From NCBI GenBank assembly GCA_052168235.1, contig JBQLZK010000010.1, forward strand, positions 71,074 to 135,073: 64,000 nt of DNA, read 5' to 3'. Under the pieces are notes generated by a model. It was not told the DNA's origin. It searched no databases and worked only from the letters and a program-made list of their open reading frames with translations. The number at the start of each line of letters is the position of its first letter. Position 1 is the stretch's first letter. Below, piece after piece: positions 1-10,897 of this stretch. Both the position numbers and the translations under genes were made by a program. This DNA is from Thainema sp. (GTDB taxonomy: Bacteria > Cyanobacteriota > Cyanobacteriia > Phormidesmidales > Phormidesmidaceae).

Positions 1-164
1 ACCATATTGCGATCGCACAAATTGAGCTGCACCATCTCCACCTGCGGCCAGCGAACCGGCTGATGATGATACGTACCGACCACCTGCCAACCCCGCTCAG
101 GTGCGATCGCGCATAAATGCCCACCCAAAAATCCGCTCGCCCCTGTCACCAATAGTTTCTTCAT
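1..164 (-). CDS. NAD(P)-dependent SDR oxidoreductase (RfbD/epimerase-dehydratase-like), 5' part only; runs off the window edge
   Basis: Manual translation from ATG at 164 gives MKKLLVTGASGFLGGHLCAIAPERGWQVVGTYHH..., containing the Rossmann TGxxGxxG motif; not in the ORF track. Confidence 0.85.
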   Translation of the reverse strand, partial: MKKLLVTGASGFLGGHLCAIAPERGWQVVGTYHHQPVRWPQVEMVQLNLCDRNM

Positions 165-283
165 CCCATCCGATCCAGGTTATTTTTGTGAAAGTAGTCG
201 CATATAGCCTGTAGTCTTCGTTATTGTATAGCGCCCGATTTCAGAACATATACAGCCTTCTTCCACCCTCCCTTTCCTCGTCC

Positions 284-1654
284 ATGCACGATCCCAACTC
301 GCAAAATCCACCGCCCGATTCGCTTAATCCTGAAACTGCCGATGCCGATGACTTTCGCTGGTCGGAAGATACTCGTTGGCCCAATGGCGTTACGCCGCTA
401 TCGTCGAGTCCTCCCCCCCTGCCGACCGATCAGACTCATACCCATGTCGATGATGAGGATCTCAACCCTGAAGCCCTTGCCGAACGGCAGCGACTAGCAG
501 CGCTGCAAGCAAATGGAACTGTGCCCATGGATGCGTTAGAAGTCACTCGGTTAGTCATCAAGCGGTTTCCCAGTGTTCTCATCCTGTTTACGACGCTGTT
601 CATGCTGTTGGGCTGGTCGCTCAATTTAAACGCGGTTACGCTGCTGGGGGCGCTGATCACCTTTGGACTATCGCTACGGCTGATCTGGCCCAATATTCAA
701 GCACTGACGAAGGATTTATCTTCACAGCAAAAAGCTTTGATTGTAGGTTTGCCTGGACTTGCGATCGCACTGGTGGGGCTGATGCAGGCATTTGGCATTA
801 TTCGCTGGCTGTTTCAGGTCGGGGATCAACTGCGTTGGGATGTCATCGGCGCACTGGGTGATTTCTTTGGTGCTTTTGGTCAAATTCTGATTGCGGTTCT
901 AGCGGTCTACGTAGCGTGGCGACAGTACATCATTGAGCGTGACCTGACCACGCAGCAAAACTTGATTACGCAACAGCAGACGATTGACTCCTACTTTCAA
1001 GGCGTTTCTGATCTGGTGTTAGACGATGAGGGGCTACTGGAAGACTGGCCGCAGGAACGTGCGATCGCAGAAGGACGCACCGCCGCCATCCTCAGTAGCA
1101 TCAATGCCGAGGGCAAAGCCAAAGTGATTCGCTTTCTCTCCCAGTCGCGCCTTCTCACGCCACTCCAGCGCGATCGCCATTTGGGACGCCCCATTCTGGA
1201 TGGCACAGGCGGTTATGCAGAAGACCGGGTGCATGGCGTGCGGGTGATTGATTTGGGCGTGATGCTGGCCAACTCTGACCTGTCCGGCACAGACCTCCGC
1301 TGGACGGATTTGAGCGATGTCAATCTCGTGCGGTCTAATTTGAGCAACTGCGATTTGGTACGGATCAATTTTGCTCGCGCTATCCTCTACGAAGCCAAGC
1401 TCGTCCAGGCTGATTTAATGGGGGCGCAACTCTTTTACGGCGATGTAGAAAGCGCGAGTCCGCGATCGCGCATTGACCCACCCAACTACCAAACGGGCGA
1501 AAACACAGGCGCAGTCGTCGAAGGTGCCGATTTCACCAACGTACACCGCATGACCGAAGATCAGCGCTACTACTGCTGCTGCTGGGGCGGCAGCAAAACC
1601 CGCAGCACCATCCCCGGCGGCTGCGGCGACATCCCCAATAAACTCGGACGCTAG
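284..1654 (+). CDS. Membrane-anchored pentapeptide repeat protein
   Basis: ORF 224..1654, probable start ATG 284; several hydrophobic helices followed by A(D/N)Lxx-type repeats (SDLSGTDLRWTDLSDVNLVRSNLSNCDLV). Confidence 0.85.
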   Translation: MHDPNSQNPPPDSLNPETADADDFRWSEDTRWPNGVTPLSSSPPPLPTDQTHTHVDDEDLNPEALAERQRLAALQANGTVPMDALEVTRLVIKRFPSVLILFTTLFMLLGWSLNLNAVTLLGALITFGLSLRLIWPNIQALTKDLSSQQKALIVGLPGLAIALVGLMQAFGIIRWLFQVGDQLRWDVIGALGDFFGAFGQILIAVLAVYVAWRQYIIERDLTTQQNLITQQQTIDSYFQGVSDLVLDDEGLLEDWPQERAIAEGRTAAILSSINAEGKAKVIRFLSQSRLLTPLQRDRHLGRPILDGTGGYAEDRVHGVRVIDLGVMLANSDLSGTDLRWTDLSDVNLVRSNLSNCDLVRINFARAILYEAKLVQADLMGAQLFYGDVESASPRSRIDPPNYQTGENTGAVVEGADFTNVHRMTEDQRYYCCCWGGSKTRSTIPGGCGDIPNKLGR

Positions 1655-1684
1655 CAGCCCCAAGTAGTCATCCCCAAACGTTCC

Positions 1685-1751
1685 GTAAGGGCGGGTTTCG
1701 TTGATCCGTTTTGATTTCAGGCCGTAACGTATTAGCTAAACCCGCCCCTAC
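1685..1751. repeat. REP-like inverted-repeat element (GTA(A/G)GGGCGGGTTT...AAACCCGCCCCTAC family)
   Basis: Terminal inverted arms around a ~40-nt spacer; related copies at 10776-10846 and 37392-37457. Confidence 0.75.
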
Positions 1752-1762
1752 AGATGCCCATC

Positions 1763-1800
1763 TAAAATCCAAAATCGCAAATCCAAAATCCAAAATCAAA
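1763..1800. repeat. Short tandem heptamer repeat (AAAATCC-like, STRR type)
   Basis: TAAAATCCAAAATCGCAAATCCAAAATCCAAAATC; the reverse-complement form occurs at about 56290-56316. Confidence 0.8.
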
Positions 1801-1802
1801 CC

Positions 1803-2849
1803 GTGTCCTTATCCTGCCCCATCCCCATCCAGCAATACCCTACTGTTCTTCTGGCTCACGGCGGCGGCGGTCGCCTGATGCATCAGCTAATTGACCAAAT
1901 GTTTCTGTCGGTTTTTGGTCAGCCGAAATCCGGTCAGCATGATGCCGCTGTGCTGGCGATGAACTGCGATCGCATTGCTTTCACGACCGATTCCTATGTC
2001 GTCAGTCCCCTGATCTTTCCCGGTGGCGATATTGGCACTCTGGCGGTCAACGGCACGGTCAATGACCTGGCAATGGCCGGAGCCAAACCGCTCTATCTCA
2101 GCCTGGGCATGATTTTAGAAGAAGGCTTGCCGATGGAAACCCTCTGGCAGGTAGTGCAGTCGATTCACAGTGCCACCGAGCAGGCCAATGTCCGCGTCGT
2201 CACGGGCGACACCAAGGTCGTCGATCGGGGTAAAGGGGACGGCATTTTTATTAACACCGCTGGCGTTGGCGTGCTGGAGCATCCGGTCAACATTGCCCCC
2301 AATGCCGTGCAGCCGGGAGATGTGGTGCTGCTGAATGGCGATATCGGTCGCCACGGCATCGCAATTATGGCGCTGCGGGAAGGCTTGGCCTTTGAGTCTA
2401 CCATCGCCAGCGACACCGCTCCCGTGGCGCAAGCGGTCGGTCAGATGCTGGATGCCGGAATTGATATCCACTGCCTGCGCGATGCCACCCGTGGCGGGCT
2501 GGCCAGTACGCTGAACGAGATTGCGGCGGCGGCTAACGTTGCCATTACGCTGGATGAATCCGCCATTCCTGTGCAGGATGACGTGCAGGGAGCCTGCGAA
2601 ATCTTGGGACTCGATCCGCTCTATATTGCCAACGAAGGCCGCTTTCTCACCTTTGTTCCAGAATCAGATGCGGAACGTGCGATCGCAATTCTCAACGCCG
2701 ACCAGCAAGCCAAAGGCGAACCACCCAACGCCTGCGTTATCGGTCAAGTGACAACAGCCACCAGTCCTCTGGTCACGCTCAAAAATCGCATCGGCACCGA
2801 ACGCATCCTCGATATGCTCAGTGGCGAACAGCTACCGCGCATTTGCTAG
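1803..2849 (+). CDS. hypE: Hydrogenase maturation protein HypE
   Basis: [45 protein letters not shown] and C-terminal PRIC motifs. Confidence 0.96.
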   Translation: MSLSCPIPIQQYPTVLLAHGGGGRLMHQLIDQMFLSVFGQPKSGQHDAAVLAMNCDRIAFTTDSYVVSPLIFPGGDIGTLAVNGTVNDLAMAGAKPLYLSLGMILEEGLPMETLWQVVQSIHSATEQANVRVVTGDTKVVDRGKGDGIFINTAGVGVLEHPVNIAPNAVQPGDVVLLNGDIGRHGIAIMALREGLAFESTIASDTAPVAQAVGQMLDAGIDIHCLRDATRGGLASTLNEIAAAANVAITLDESAIPVQDDVQGACEILGLDPLYIANEGRFLTFVPESDAERAIAILNADQQAKGEPPNACVIGQVTTATSPLVTLKNRIGTERILDMLSGEQLPRIC

Positions 2850-2883
2850 ATATAGCGTCTTTTACGGAAAAGGAAACCTAGCA

Positions 2884-3573
2884 CTACTGCATATGGTGAA
2901 CTCGGAGAGTCAGTCCGGATATCTGCACGTCCGAAATCGTCATTGTCTGCACTGGGTTCATCAAATGCTGAATTGCCGCATCCGTCATCAAGATTTCATT
3001 ATGCTCCGCCAGATCTTCACCCAGCTTGGACGCTCGATTGACCGTGTTGCCGTATAGTTCTCGCCGTTCGATCAGCAAAACATCGCCGTAATCAATGCCA
3101 ATGCTGACGCTGATGGCCTGGGTCTGGAGATAATTTCGCAAATGTGTCGCAGCAGCGAGAGCGTGATCAGGCGTTGCAAACACCATATAGAGGTTATCGG
3201 CATCGGCTTTTACTAAAATGCCCTGGTGCTCTTCAATAATCGGTCGGGTGCGCGATCGCATTTGCTCAATTTGAGCCAGCGCAGCAATAATGCCTTCATT
3301 CTGCGTTTGACTAGAAAATCCAGCCATATCAACCACCATCACCGCCAGCGTTTGGTTGAACAGCGTGCGGATTTGGGCATCAATCTCTGCCGCCCGTTCA
3401 GGTTGCAGGACGCGCTCTTGCAAAAGCTGGCGCAGAGTTTCCTCAGTGGCAGGCATAATCAGGCAATCAGAAGGTTCAATCCCTTGTACAGCATCTTGAG
3501 CATCAACTGGTAGCGTTGCTGCACCCATCAGCAAGCTAGAAGCAATCGCTGCAAGCAATAAGCTCTTCGGCAT
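2884..3573 (-). CDS. Class III adenylate/guanylate cyclase-domain protein with a signal-peptide-like N-terminus
   Basis: VMVVDMAGFS (metal Asp 1), LVKADADN (Lys plus Asp 2), GIDYGD, YGNTVNRASKL. Confidence 0.8.
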   Translation of the reverse strand: MPKSLLLAAIASSLLMGAATLPVDAQDAVQGIEPSDCLIMPATEETLRQLLQERVLQPERAAEIDAQIRTLFNQTLAVMVVDMAGFSSQTQNEGIIAALAQIEQMRSRTRPIIEEHQGILVKADADNLYMVFATPDHALAAATHLRNYLQTQAISVSIGIDYGDVLLIERRELYGNTVNRASKLGEDLAEHNEILMTDAAIQHLMNPVQTMTISDVQISGLTLRVHHMQ

Positions 3574-3806
3574 GACGATTTTCAGGACTCACAGGACTCG
3601 ATATTGTCTCCAGAGTGCCCAGCTTCCTACGCAGGGTTACTCCCCCCTTGACATATCGCTTTAAATGTAGCTCGTAGTTTATACCAGTTCTATTCTTAAC
3701 TATCAACTCCTTCCTCCATCCCCCAGCCAAATCCTTCCTTAACCAGACCCACTCCCCCCCAAATGATGATGTAATAAGGTGAACAGCCCACACAGAATCC
3801 TTTGTA

Positions 3807-4625
3807 ATGACCGATTTTTGGACAGCCGTACTCAATTTTGCCCAATCGACCACTGAAACCGTAGGCCAGCAGTTACTGCAAGACTTTGGTCACGCCAGCG
3901 CCGAAGAGAAAGCCGATGGCAGCCTTGTCACCCGTTCTGACCAATGGGCCGATACAACCATCCGAGATGCGATCGCAACTACATTTCCCGATCACGGCAT
4001 TCTCAGCGAAGAAGGCACGCACGTTTTTCCCGATCAGGACTGGTGCTGGATTATTGATCCAATTGACGGCACAACCAACTTCACTCGCGGCGTACCGCTC
4101 TGGGGCATTTCGTTAGGACTGCTCTATCGCGGAACACCCGTATTTGGCTATGTGTCTCTGCCACCAATTCGACAGGCATTTCACGGCTACTGGCTCACAG
4201 GTTCAGGTTTAGAAGGGCCATCCGGCGCTTATCTCAACGGTCAGCCAATTCGCACCAGCACCGATGAACCGTCTAGCAATCATTTCTTTAGTCTCTGTGC
4301 CCGCAGCACATTGGTTATGCGCGAACCAGATTTTCCCTGCAAAATTCGGATGCTGGGTGTCGCAACGTATAACCTGCTCACAGTGGCCGCAGGTATTGCC
4401 CTAGGCGGCATAGAGGCAACTCCAAAAATCTGGGATATTGCAGCCATCTGGGTGATCGTGCAGGCAGCGGGCGGTGTCTGGATACCTCTGGAATCGCAAC
4501 CAATCTTTCCGCTGCGGGTCGGTGAGAGCTACGGCAAACGCCCCTATCCAACCCTAGTAACAGCCCGCGCCGATTTAATTCCCGCATTTGAACCCCACGT
4601 AAAATTCTTAGGCCGCTGGAACTAA
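3807..4625 (+). CDS. Inositol monophosphatase family protein
   Basis: SEE, WIIDPIDGTTNF and WDIAA motifs. Confidence 0.92.
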   Translation: MTDFWTAVLNFAQSTTETVGQQLLQDFGHASAEEKADGSLVTRSDQWADTTIRDAIATTFPDHGILSEEGTHVFPDQDWCWIIDPIDGTTNFTRGVPLWGISLGLLYRGTPVFGYVSLPPIRQAFHGYWLTGSGLEGPSGAYLNGQPIRTSTDEPSSNHFFSLCARSTLVMREPDFPCKIRMLGVATYNLLTVAAGIALGGIEATPKIWDIAAIWVIVQAAGGVWIPLESQPIFPLRVGESYGKRPYPTLVTARADLIPAFEPHVKFLGRWN

Positions 4626-4679
4626 ATTCAGCTCCCCAAAACCCTCTCACTCCCTTACTCTCCTACTCTCCCACTCCTC

Positions 4680-5114
4680 TCACCCAACCAACAGCGCCGC
4701 TCGAATCCCGTTAAAGCACCGCCGATGATCCTCGTGATACTGTTGGGCAACGCGAGCGGCTGCGATGGGTAGATTGTGCAGGCAACAGACTTCAATTGTC
4801 ATGTTGAAGTTATCTGCACCTTTGCTAAAGAAAATAGGATAGTAGAGCCGTAAACCGTACCAACTGACGGGTTGACTCAAAATGACGTACTGCTCTTTGG
4901 CATTGAAGTCTTCGATATCATAATTGGATGCCTGAGCGAACTGCACAATACGCTTCAGGACATCACGCTCAGCCATGCGGGTTTCAAACAACAACGGCTT
5001 CGTCACTGAGCGAGCATCGCTTTTCAGCAGCTCAATACTCATGACTTTGGGACGAGTCACTATCCCCAATGTCACACACATAAGCGCTAATACCAGTGCG
5101 ATCGCAAATCCCAT
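4680..5114 (-). CDS. Hypothetical protein with an N-terminal transmembrane helix
   Basis: 144-aa ORF with ATG start and hydrophobic N-terminus, filling the gap between two genes. Confidence 0.55.
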   Translation of the reverse strand: MGFAIALVLALMCVTLGIVTRPKVMSIELLKSDARSVTKPLLFETRMAERDVLKRIVQFAQASNYDIEDFNAKEQYVILSQPVSWYGLRLYYPIFFSKGADNFNMTIEVCCLHNLPIAAARVAQQYHEDHRRCFNGIRAALLVG

Positions 5115-5220
5115 AGGCTGGCTTTTAAGCCGATGTTTATAGCCAATATGATGCGCCCTTATTGTATAGCGTCCATTATTGCGGTGAATTCAAATCAAAT
5201 ATAGCGATAGTCATATCTAG

Positions 5221-5263
5221 GACATTTTTGTAGCAGCGGCTCCGCTGCCGCTACAAAAACGTC
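5221..5263. repeat. Palindromic REP-like element (TTTGTAGC...GGCTCCGC...GCTACAAAA family)
   Basis: 14-bp arms with one mismatch; related core at about 37519-37550. Confidence 0.7.
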
Positions 5264-5276
5264 TGTGTTCTAATGG

Positions 5277-5317
5277 GTTTGGGCAGAATTTACGCGAGAC
5301 GTAAATTCTGTCCAAAC
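5277..5317. terminator. Stem-loop downstream of the vWA gene
   Basis: Arms GTTTGGGCAGAATTTACG and CGTAAATTCTGTCCAAAC, just after the stop codon at 5335. Confidence 0.55.
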
Positions 5318-5334
5318 TGATCTTCAGATCGGGA

Positions 5335-7110
5335 TTACAGGCTGGTTTGGAAGATGCCCTTCAGCAAATCCTGCACGTTTTCAGGTGATCCCTGCTGCAC
5401 GGTTGATTCCCGTAAACTGGCGATTTCCTGGAGTTCTTGCTGATTCACATCGCCATAGGCAATCGGATAAACGCGCACCCCGGCATGGGTGATGATACTT
5501 TGCACGTCGTTGAAGTTGAAGCCTTCATTTGCCTCGCCATCAGTCAACAGCAGCAGATAAAAGCGACCATTAGGATCGGTTGCTTGAGCTTCTAGCAGAT
5601 CAGACATTGCTACCATCGCCGCGTCGTACATCGCCGTGCGGCCATCGGGCGTCAAGCTATCGATCGCAGCCAAGAAACGGCGATGCTGATCGTCATCAAA
5701 TGGGGCAAGCGGCAGCTTCCGAAATGTGCGATCGCCAAATGTCACCATGCCAACGTAATTGCCCGGATTGATGTAGCTGCTGGCAATTTGTAGGCCGTCT
5801 TTTACCGCAGCAATCGGCTCACCCACCATCGAACCACTGGTATCCACGACCAGCATCATATAAACCGTGCGTCCGCCATCCTTACGCAGTTTCCAGTAAG
5901 ACTGGGCCGCCTGTAGCACTTCACCATTAGGTGTAGGTGGTAGATTCGCCGCTTGTAAATAATCGGTAGCTTCAAAACCCTGCTGCTGGGCCAATTGCTG
6001 CATTTCTGATGAGGTGGCAAAATCACCAAACTGTTGCATCGCCTCTTGTTCTTCTGGCGTATTCCAGCTAAAGCCAACCAGCGGATTGTTATGCGGAATG
6101 CCAAACGGGACAAAGTGAACCGACTCAAACCCCGGTAGCTGCGTGAGGGACTGGAAGTTCTGATATTCCAGCGGAAATGCTTCTAGAACCTGCTGATCGC
6201 GAATGAAGATTTCCTGCAAATCCAAGGTCGTGATAGCGGTCAGAACCACCTGATCCTGAAAGGCTGAAAAGACAGAGTTGACCTGGGGCGATTCGAGGTC
6301 AGCAACCGTCAGCGCTTGCCCGTCTTCGTTATGGCCCGCGGCTCGCCAAAATAGCGTATACAGCAGATTGAGTGCAGTTGAACTGGAGTAGGGATTAGGA
6401 TAGCCGATGCTTAAATCACCCGAAAGAATCTGAGTTAGAATAGCTTCAAAATCCACATTTCCGGCGGCGGCCAACTCTTGATAGGCGGCATCCGCAACCA
6501 CCCAGCCCGCCACGTTCGGCACTAATCGTGCTGCAACGGTTTGAGTTTCAACCCCACCGTTTTGAATGGCAGAAATCCATAAATCATTGGAGGGTGAATA
6601 GCCTTCTGGCTGGACGTTTCCTTCGGTCAGCAGCCGCGCCGCAACCCCAGAGGCAACCTGACGGACGCCAACCTGGATGCGCTTGCCGGAAGCAGTCGTG
6701 GCGTTTTGGTTGTTGAATGTCTGGGCTACTTCAACCAGCCAGCGCTCATTCTGCTTATCGACGTTCGCTTTTTCAGATGAGCTGTAAATTTCGATGTAAA
6801 CCGTGTCTGGATCGTTGGTCGGCTGCGCCCCATAGATGGGGAACTCCTCGACATTGGGCAACGGTTCAACGATGCCGTCAGTAGCGTATCGGGCAGCTAC
6901 GCCATCGGGAATATAAGCCTCTTCGATCGCAATCCGTGGCAGCAGGCTTTCCTGTAGTGCCTGAGCCGCGCTTTCAGGCGAGTCTACGTTGGTAACAGTG
7001 CCGCCGCACGACCAGAGGAGGGTTAAGCTAAACCCTGTAATGCACCATAGCCAAAAGCGCGATCGCAGTTGTCCCAAAACACTCGGTAAGCGTCGAATCC
7101 AGAAGTTCAT
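5335..7110 (-). CDS. Lipoprotein: extracellular solute-binding-like domain plus C-terminal vWA domain
   Basis: Lipobox LLWSC; MIDAS elements DTSGSM, GRTAMYDA and LLTDGE. Confidence 0.85.
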   Translation of the reverse strand: MNFWIRRLPSVLGQLRSRFWLWCITGFSLTLLWSCGGTVTNVDSPESAAQALQESLLPRIAIEEAYIPDGVAARYATDGIVEPLPNVEEFPIYGAQPTNDPDTVYIEIYSSSEKANVDKQNERWLVEVAQTFNNQNATTASGKRIQVGVRQVASGVAARLLTEGNVQPEGYSPSNDLWISAIQNGGVETQTVAARLVPNVAGWVVADAAYQELAAAGNVDFEAILTQILSGDLSIGYPNPYSSSTALNLLYTLFWRAAGHNEDGQALTVADLESPQVNSVFSAFQDQVVLTAITTLDLQEIFIRDQQVLEAFPLEYQNFQSLTQLPGFESVHFVPFGIPHNNPLVGFSWNTPEEQEAMQQFGDFATSSEMQQLAQQQGFEATDYLQAANLPPTPNGEVLQAAQSYWKLRKDGGRTVYMMLVVDTSGSMVGEPIAAVKDGLQIASSYINPGNYVGMVTFGDRTFRKLPLAPFDDDQHRRFLAAIDSLTPDGRTAMYDAAMVAMSDLLEAQATDPNGRFYLLLLTDGEANEGFNFNDVQSIITHAGVRVYPIAYGDVNQQELQEIASLRESTVQQGSPENVQDLLKGIFQTSL

Positions 7111-7431
7111 GAGCTATTCCGTCAATCGGTTCCAATAAGTCTCCAGTTTTTTCTCTGAAAAGTTTGTAGTGTATTCTTTCTAGAGAATTGATCATGGATT
7201 TCATCAAACTTGAGCATTAAACGTAGATTACCCATATGCCTCAGTGAATAACGCGGCACAGATATTTCTTGATATTTAATTTCCGTCGATTTGCTGAGGG
7301 CACCACATGTTACATCGGGCACACTATAGATATACGAAAGGATTCTTTCAGTCCACACAAACTGCAGTTTACTTCACACCCACGAGGCTCTTATCCGCAA
7401 ACCTCGTGGGTCAGGCTTTTTATTTAGTACA

Positions 7432-7468
7432 AAATGGGAGGGGTGCACACTGCGTACCCCTCCCATTT
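7432..7468 (-). terminator. Probable intrinsic terminator after the clpX-hydrolase unit
   Basis: Hairpin AAATGGGAGGGGT...ACCCCTCCCATTT about 30 nt after the stop. Confidence 0.6.
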
Positions 7469-7498
7469 CACGCAATATAAAACGGTCTCAGCAAATAA

Positions 7499-8368
7499 CT
7501 ACGACACCAGTGCAGGGGATAAAAACTCTTGTACAACCTGCAAATAGCGATCGCGATCTTCCAGCATCGGAAAATGAGACGTATTGGGAATCACAACTTG
7601 CGTCACCTGATCACTTAGCTCGGCTGCATTCCGCCCCATCTCAGCCGGAATAATTTTGTCATACTGACCTGATACGAGCAGCGTCGGTACAGTTAGGCGG
7701 CGAAACTCTTTCGGCATGACTAGCGCCGCATTTTCGCTGACAGCGGTGTAGATCGTTCCCATAGCCGCTTTATAGTCAGCCATCAGATAATCTTCCATAA
7801 AGGCCCGCTGCATCGCACCTGGAATTGATTGCTTCAAAAAGCGAGCCATAAAAATGCGAGGCATAAACGGGATTTTGGCCAACCAATTGGGCCGAAATCG
7901 CACAATGTAGCCGCTGAGCCAATGGAAAGCCTCAAAAGATTGTTTGTCGTACTCAAAAATGCCGTTGCAGGTCAAAATCGCTCGTCGAACCCGCTCTGAA
8001 TAGCGATTCAAGAAATAAACGGCGATTGAGGCTCCAGTTGAGTGAGCATTGAGAAAAATGGGCTGTTCAATCTCCAGCGTATCGAGCAACACGGCTAGAT
8101 CGTGGGCATAGCTTTCTAACTCCCAATTCAGGTTAGAAATTTGCTCCTCTTCCTTCGGCTCTTCCTTAGGCAAGGATGTGCGACCAAACCCCCGCAGGTC
8201 ATACAGTAAGCAATCAAACTGATCAGCCTGCGCTTTAGCAACTTCTTCCCAGTAGCGAGCAGAACCTGCCCAGCCATGCATAAAAACCATGACGGGCTTT
8301 TTTGCCGATTCATCTGCCAAGATCCATTCGTAGTAATGGCTAACGCCATTCACCAACGCATAGGGCAT
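7499..8368 (-). CDS. Alpha/beta fold hydrolase
   Basis: HGWAGS, YDLRGFGRT, nucleophile elbow AHSTG, and catalytic His in SHFPMLE. Confidence 0.9.
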   Translation of the reverse strand: MPYALVNGVSHYYEWILADESAKKPVMVFMHGWAGSARYWEEVAKAQADQFDCLLYDLRGFGRTSLPKEEPKEEEQISNLNWELESYAHDLAVLLDTLEIEQPIFLNAHSTGASIAVYFLNRYSERVRRAILTCNGIFEYDKQSFEAFHWLSGYIVRFRPNWLAKIPFMPRIFMARFLKQSIPGAMQRAFMEDYLMADYKAAMGTIYTAVSENAALVMPKEFRRLTVPTLLVSGQYDKIIPAEMGRNAAELSDQVTQVVIPNTSHFPMLEDRDRYLQVVQEFLSPALVS

Positions 8369-8411
8369 AATTAACTCTAGCCAATGAAATTAGTCTAAAT
8401 GACCGAGAATA

Positions 8412-9752
8412 CTAAGCTGATTCCGGTTTAGGTAGCGAAGACGGATGAACCAGCAGTTCTGCCGTTGAGCGCTTCTCGACCATCTCGCGTGTGATCACAC
8501 AGCGGGTGACATCTTTGCGAGAGGGCAGTTCATACATCACTTCCAGCATCAGTTCTTCGACAATACCCCGCAATGCCCGCGCTCCAGTCTTACGACGATA
8601 GGCTTCTTTTGCGATCGCACGTACCGCATCTTTCTCAAATTCCAACTGAACGTTATCCATATGTAGCAGCTTTTGATACTGCTTGACTAGCGCATTCCTC
8701 GGCTTAGTTAAGATCGCCGCTAGCGTATCCTCATCCAGTGGTTCGATTACCGCTGCTGCTGGAATTCGACCAATGAACTCAGGAATCATGCCGAACTTAA
8801 CCAGGTCGCTCGGTTCTAGACATTGCAAAATGTCAGCCGCTCGCTTTTCGCGAGGCTGATTTTCACCAGGCTGTATAAAGCCAATCGACTTTTTACCAAT
8901 TCGCTCTTCTACAACTTTCTCTAAGCCAACAAAAGCGCCACCACAGATGAACAGGATGTTGCTGGTATCAATTTGAATGCAATCTTGATAGGGATGCTTA
9001 CGTCCCCCTTGAGGCGGCACATTCGCGATCGTACCTTCTAGCATTTTCAGCAGCGCCTGCTGAACGCCTTCCCCAGACACATCCCGTGTAATCGACGGGT
9101 TCTCGCTCTTGCGAGCAATTTTGTCAATTTCATCAATGTAGATAATGCCGCGCTGAGCCTCTTCAACGTCTAAATCAGCTACTTGCAGCAGTCGCAAGAG
9201 GATATTTTCCACATCCTCACCCACATAGCCTGCCTCAGTCAGAGTTGTCGCATCGGCAACGGCAAACGGCACATCCAACATCTTGGCCAGGGTTTGAGCC
9301 AAAAGCGTCTTACCGCATCCCGTGGGTCCAATTAGTAAAATATTGGACTTTTGCAGCTCAATCGCATCTTCATCTCCCAGCTCAGATTCACCAGCTTGCT
9401 TAAAGCTAAGACGCTTATAGTGGTTGTAAACTGCCACTGACAAGATTTTCTTGGCTTCATCTTGGCCAATGACATGTTGATCAAGGTGCTGTTTGATTTC
9501 TCTTGGCTTAGGAATTTGATTCAAGGAAAGCTGAGCAGTCGAAACCCGGCGCTTTTCCGTCTGACCTTCTCGACGAGGCGTCGGTTGAGCAACCGACGCA
9601 CTGGAATCAAACAGTTCCTCGTCTAGAATCTCGTTGCACAGATCAACGCATTCATCGCAAATGTAGACTCCCGGCCCTGCAATGAGTTTTCGAACTTGCT
9701 CCTGTGACTTGCCGCAAAATGAACATTTAAGATGGGAGTCGTACTTAGACAT
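8412..9752 (-). CDS. clpX: ATP-dependent Clp protease ATP-binding subunit ClpX
   Basis: C4 zinc finger CSFCGK...[28 protein letters not shown] and IGF loop. Confidence 0.98.
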   Translation of the reverse strand: MSKYDSHLKCSFCGKSQEQVRKLIAGPGVYICDECVDLCNEILDEELFDSSASVAQPTPRREGQTEKRRVSTAQLSLNQIPKPREIKQHLDQHVIGQDEAKKILSVAVYNHYKRLSFKQAGESELGDEDAIELQKSNILLIGPTGCGKTLLAQTLAKMLDVPFAVADATTLTEAGYVGEDVENILLRLLQVADLDVEEAQRGIIYIDEIDKIARKSENPSITRDVSGEGVQQALLKMLEGTIANVPPQGGRKHPYQDCIQIDTSNILFICGGAFVGLEKVVEERIGKKSIGFIQPGENQPREKRAADILQCLEPSDLVKFGMIPEFIGRIPAAAVIEPLDEDTLAAILTKPRNALVKQYQKLLHMDNVQLEFEKDAVRAIAKEAYRRKTGARALRGIVEELMLEVMYELPSRKDVTRCVITREMVEKRSTAELLVHPSSLPKPESA

Positions 9753-9763
9753 GATTTCCCCTT

Positions 9764-10471
9764 CTACTTCAACGCAGTGATGGCCTGTCCATTCGGCATA
9801 TCTTGCCGAGTAATCACCTGGTCAATTAAACCGTAATTCTTGGCCTCTTCAGCAGACATAAAAAAGTCGCGCTCTGTATCTGTTTCAATTCTCTCAAGCG
9901 CTTGCCCAGTATGGTGAGCCAATAGCTCATTGAGTCGTCGCTTCAAATACAAAATTTCGCGAGCTTGAATTTCGATATCAATCGCCTGCCCTTGTGCTCC
10001 ACCTAGCGGCTGGTGAATCATAATTCGAGAGCTGGGCAATGACAGACGCTTTCCGGCGGCTCCACCTGCCAACAAAAATGCGCCCATGCTGGCCGCAAGT
10101 CCGAAGCAAATCGTAACCACATCCGGTCGGATTTGCTGCATCGTGTCATAGATTGCAAATCCAGCCGTCACTGATCCGCCCGGTGAGTTGATATAAAGCT
10201 GAACGTCTTTTTCCGGATCTTCTGCATCTAAAAATAGTAGTTGAGCCACGATGGAATCAGCCACCGCATCATCAACGGGCGTTCCCAAGAAGATAATCCG
10301 CTCTCTCAGCAGCCGAGAGTAAATGTCAAATGCACGCTCTCCTCGACCCGACTGCTCCACAACCATTGGCACCACCCCTTGAGGAGCAATGGATGAGGCG
10401 TGAAGCGCCGCTGTACTGGTGAGGATAGGCTCAGACGATTGAGATGAAAGCATAAACTTCGAAAATGCCAA
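9764..10471 (-). CDS. clpP: Clp protease proteolytic subunit ClpP (start may be ATG 10453)
   Basis: [28 protein letters not shown] and MIHQP motifs; located between tig and clpX. Confidence 0.97.
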   Translation of the reverse strand: MAFSKFMLSSQSSEPILTSTAALHASSIAPQGVVPMVVEQSGRGERAFDIYSRLLRERIIFLGTPVDDAVADSIVAQLLFLDAEDPEKDVQLYINSPGGSVTAGFAIYDTMQQIRPDVVTICFGLAASMGAFLLAGGAAGKRLSLPSSRIMIHQPLGGAQGQAIDIEIQAREILYLKRRLNELLAHHTGQALERIETDTERDFFMSAEEAKNYGLIDQVITRQDMPNGQAITALK

Positions 10472-10775
10472 ATTTCAGAACCTACACAGTTGATGCAGCT
10501 TTACAAATAACCTTCCTCCTCATCTAGGTCAACATAGGTAAAAAAACTTAACAGTATTAACCTCGATTTTGGAGGAACCTTACTCGCCATTATGCCTCAA
10601 GTCATTTAAACTCGCTGGATATTTGGCATCTCTGTAACCTTTGGTGAAGGTTTGACTCATCCTGGCTCTCAATGAACTATGACGATATTTACTTCAGTGA
10701 TGCCTATCGGCGACCGATTCAGCCGTAAACCAGTAGAGATAACCAGCCAACAGGTACGAGTACATTTTGTAAAAA

Positions 10776-10846
10776 GGGCGGGTAAGATACCAAATCCCTG
10801 AATTAACCTGAATTAAATCAATTTGGTAATCAGAACCCGCCCCTAC
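10776..10846. repeat. REP-like element, degenerate member of the 1685-1751 family
   Basis: GGGCGGGT...GATACCAAAT...ATTTGGTAATC...ACCCGCCCCTAC. Confidence 0.55.
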
Positions 10847-10897
10847 TGAGTGTATTTACAACTTGAGCCGCTCTACGAAATGGTCTTGCGGCCTTAT

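Noticed and set aside
7122..7358. 78-aa ORF upstream of the vWA gene
   Set aside because: GTG start and no motifs; more likely promoter DNA
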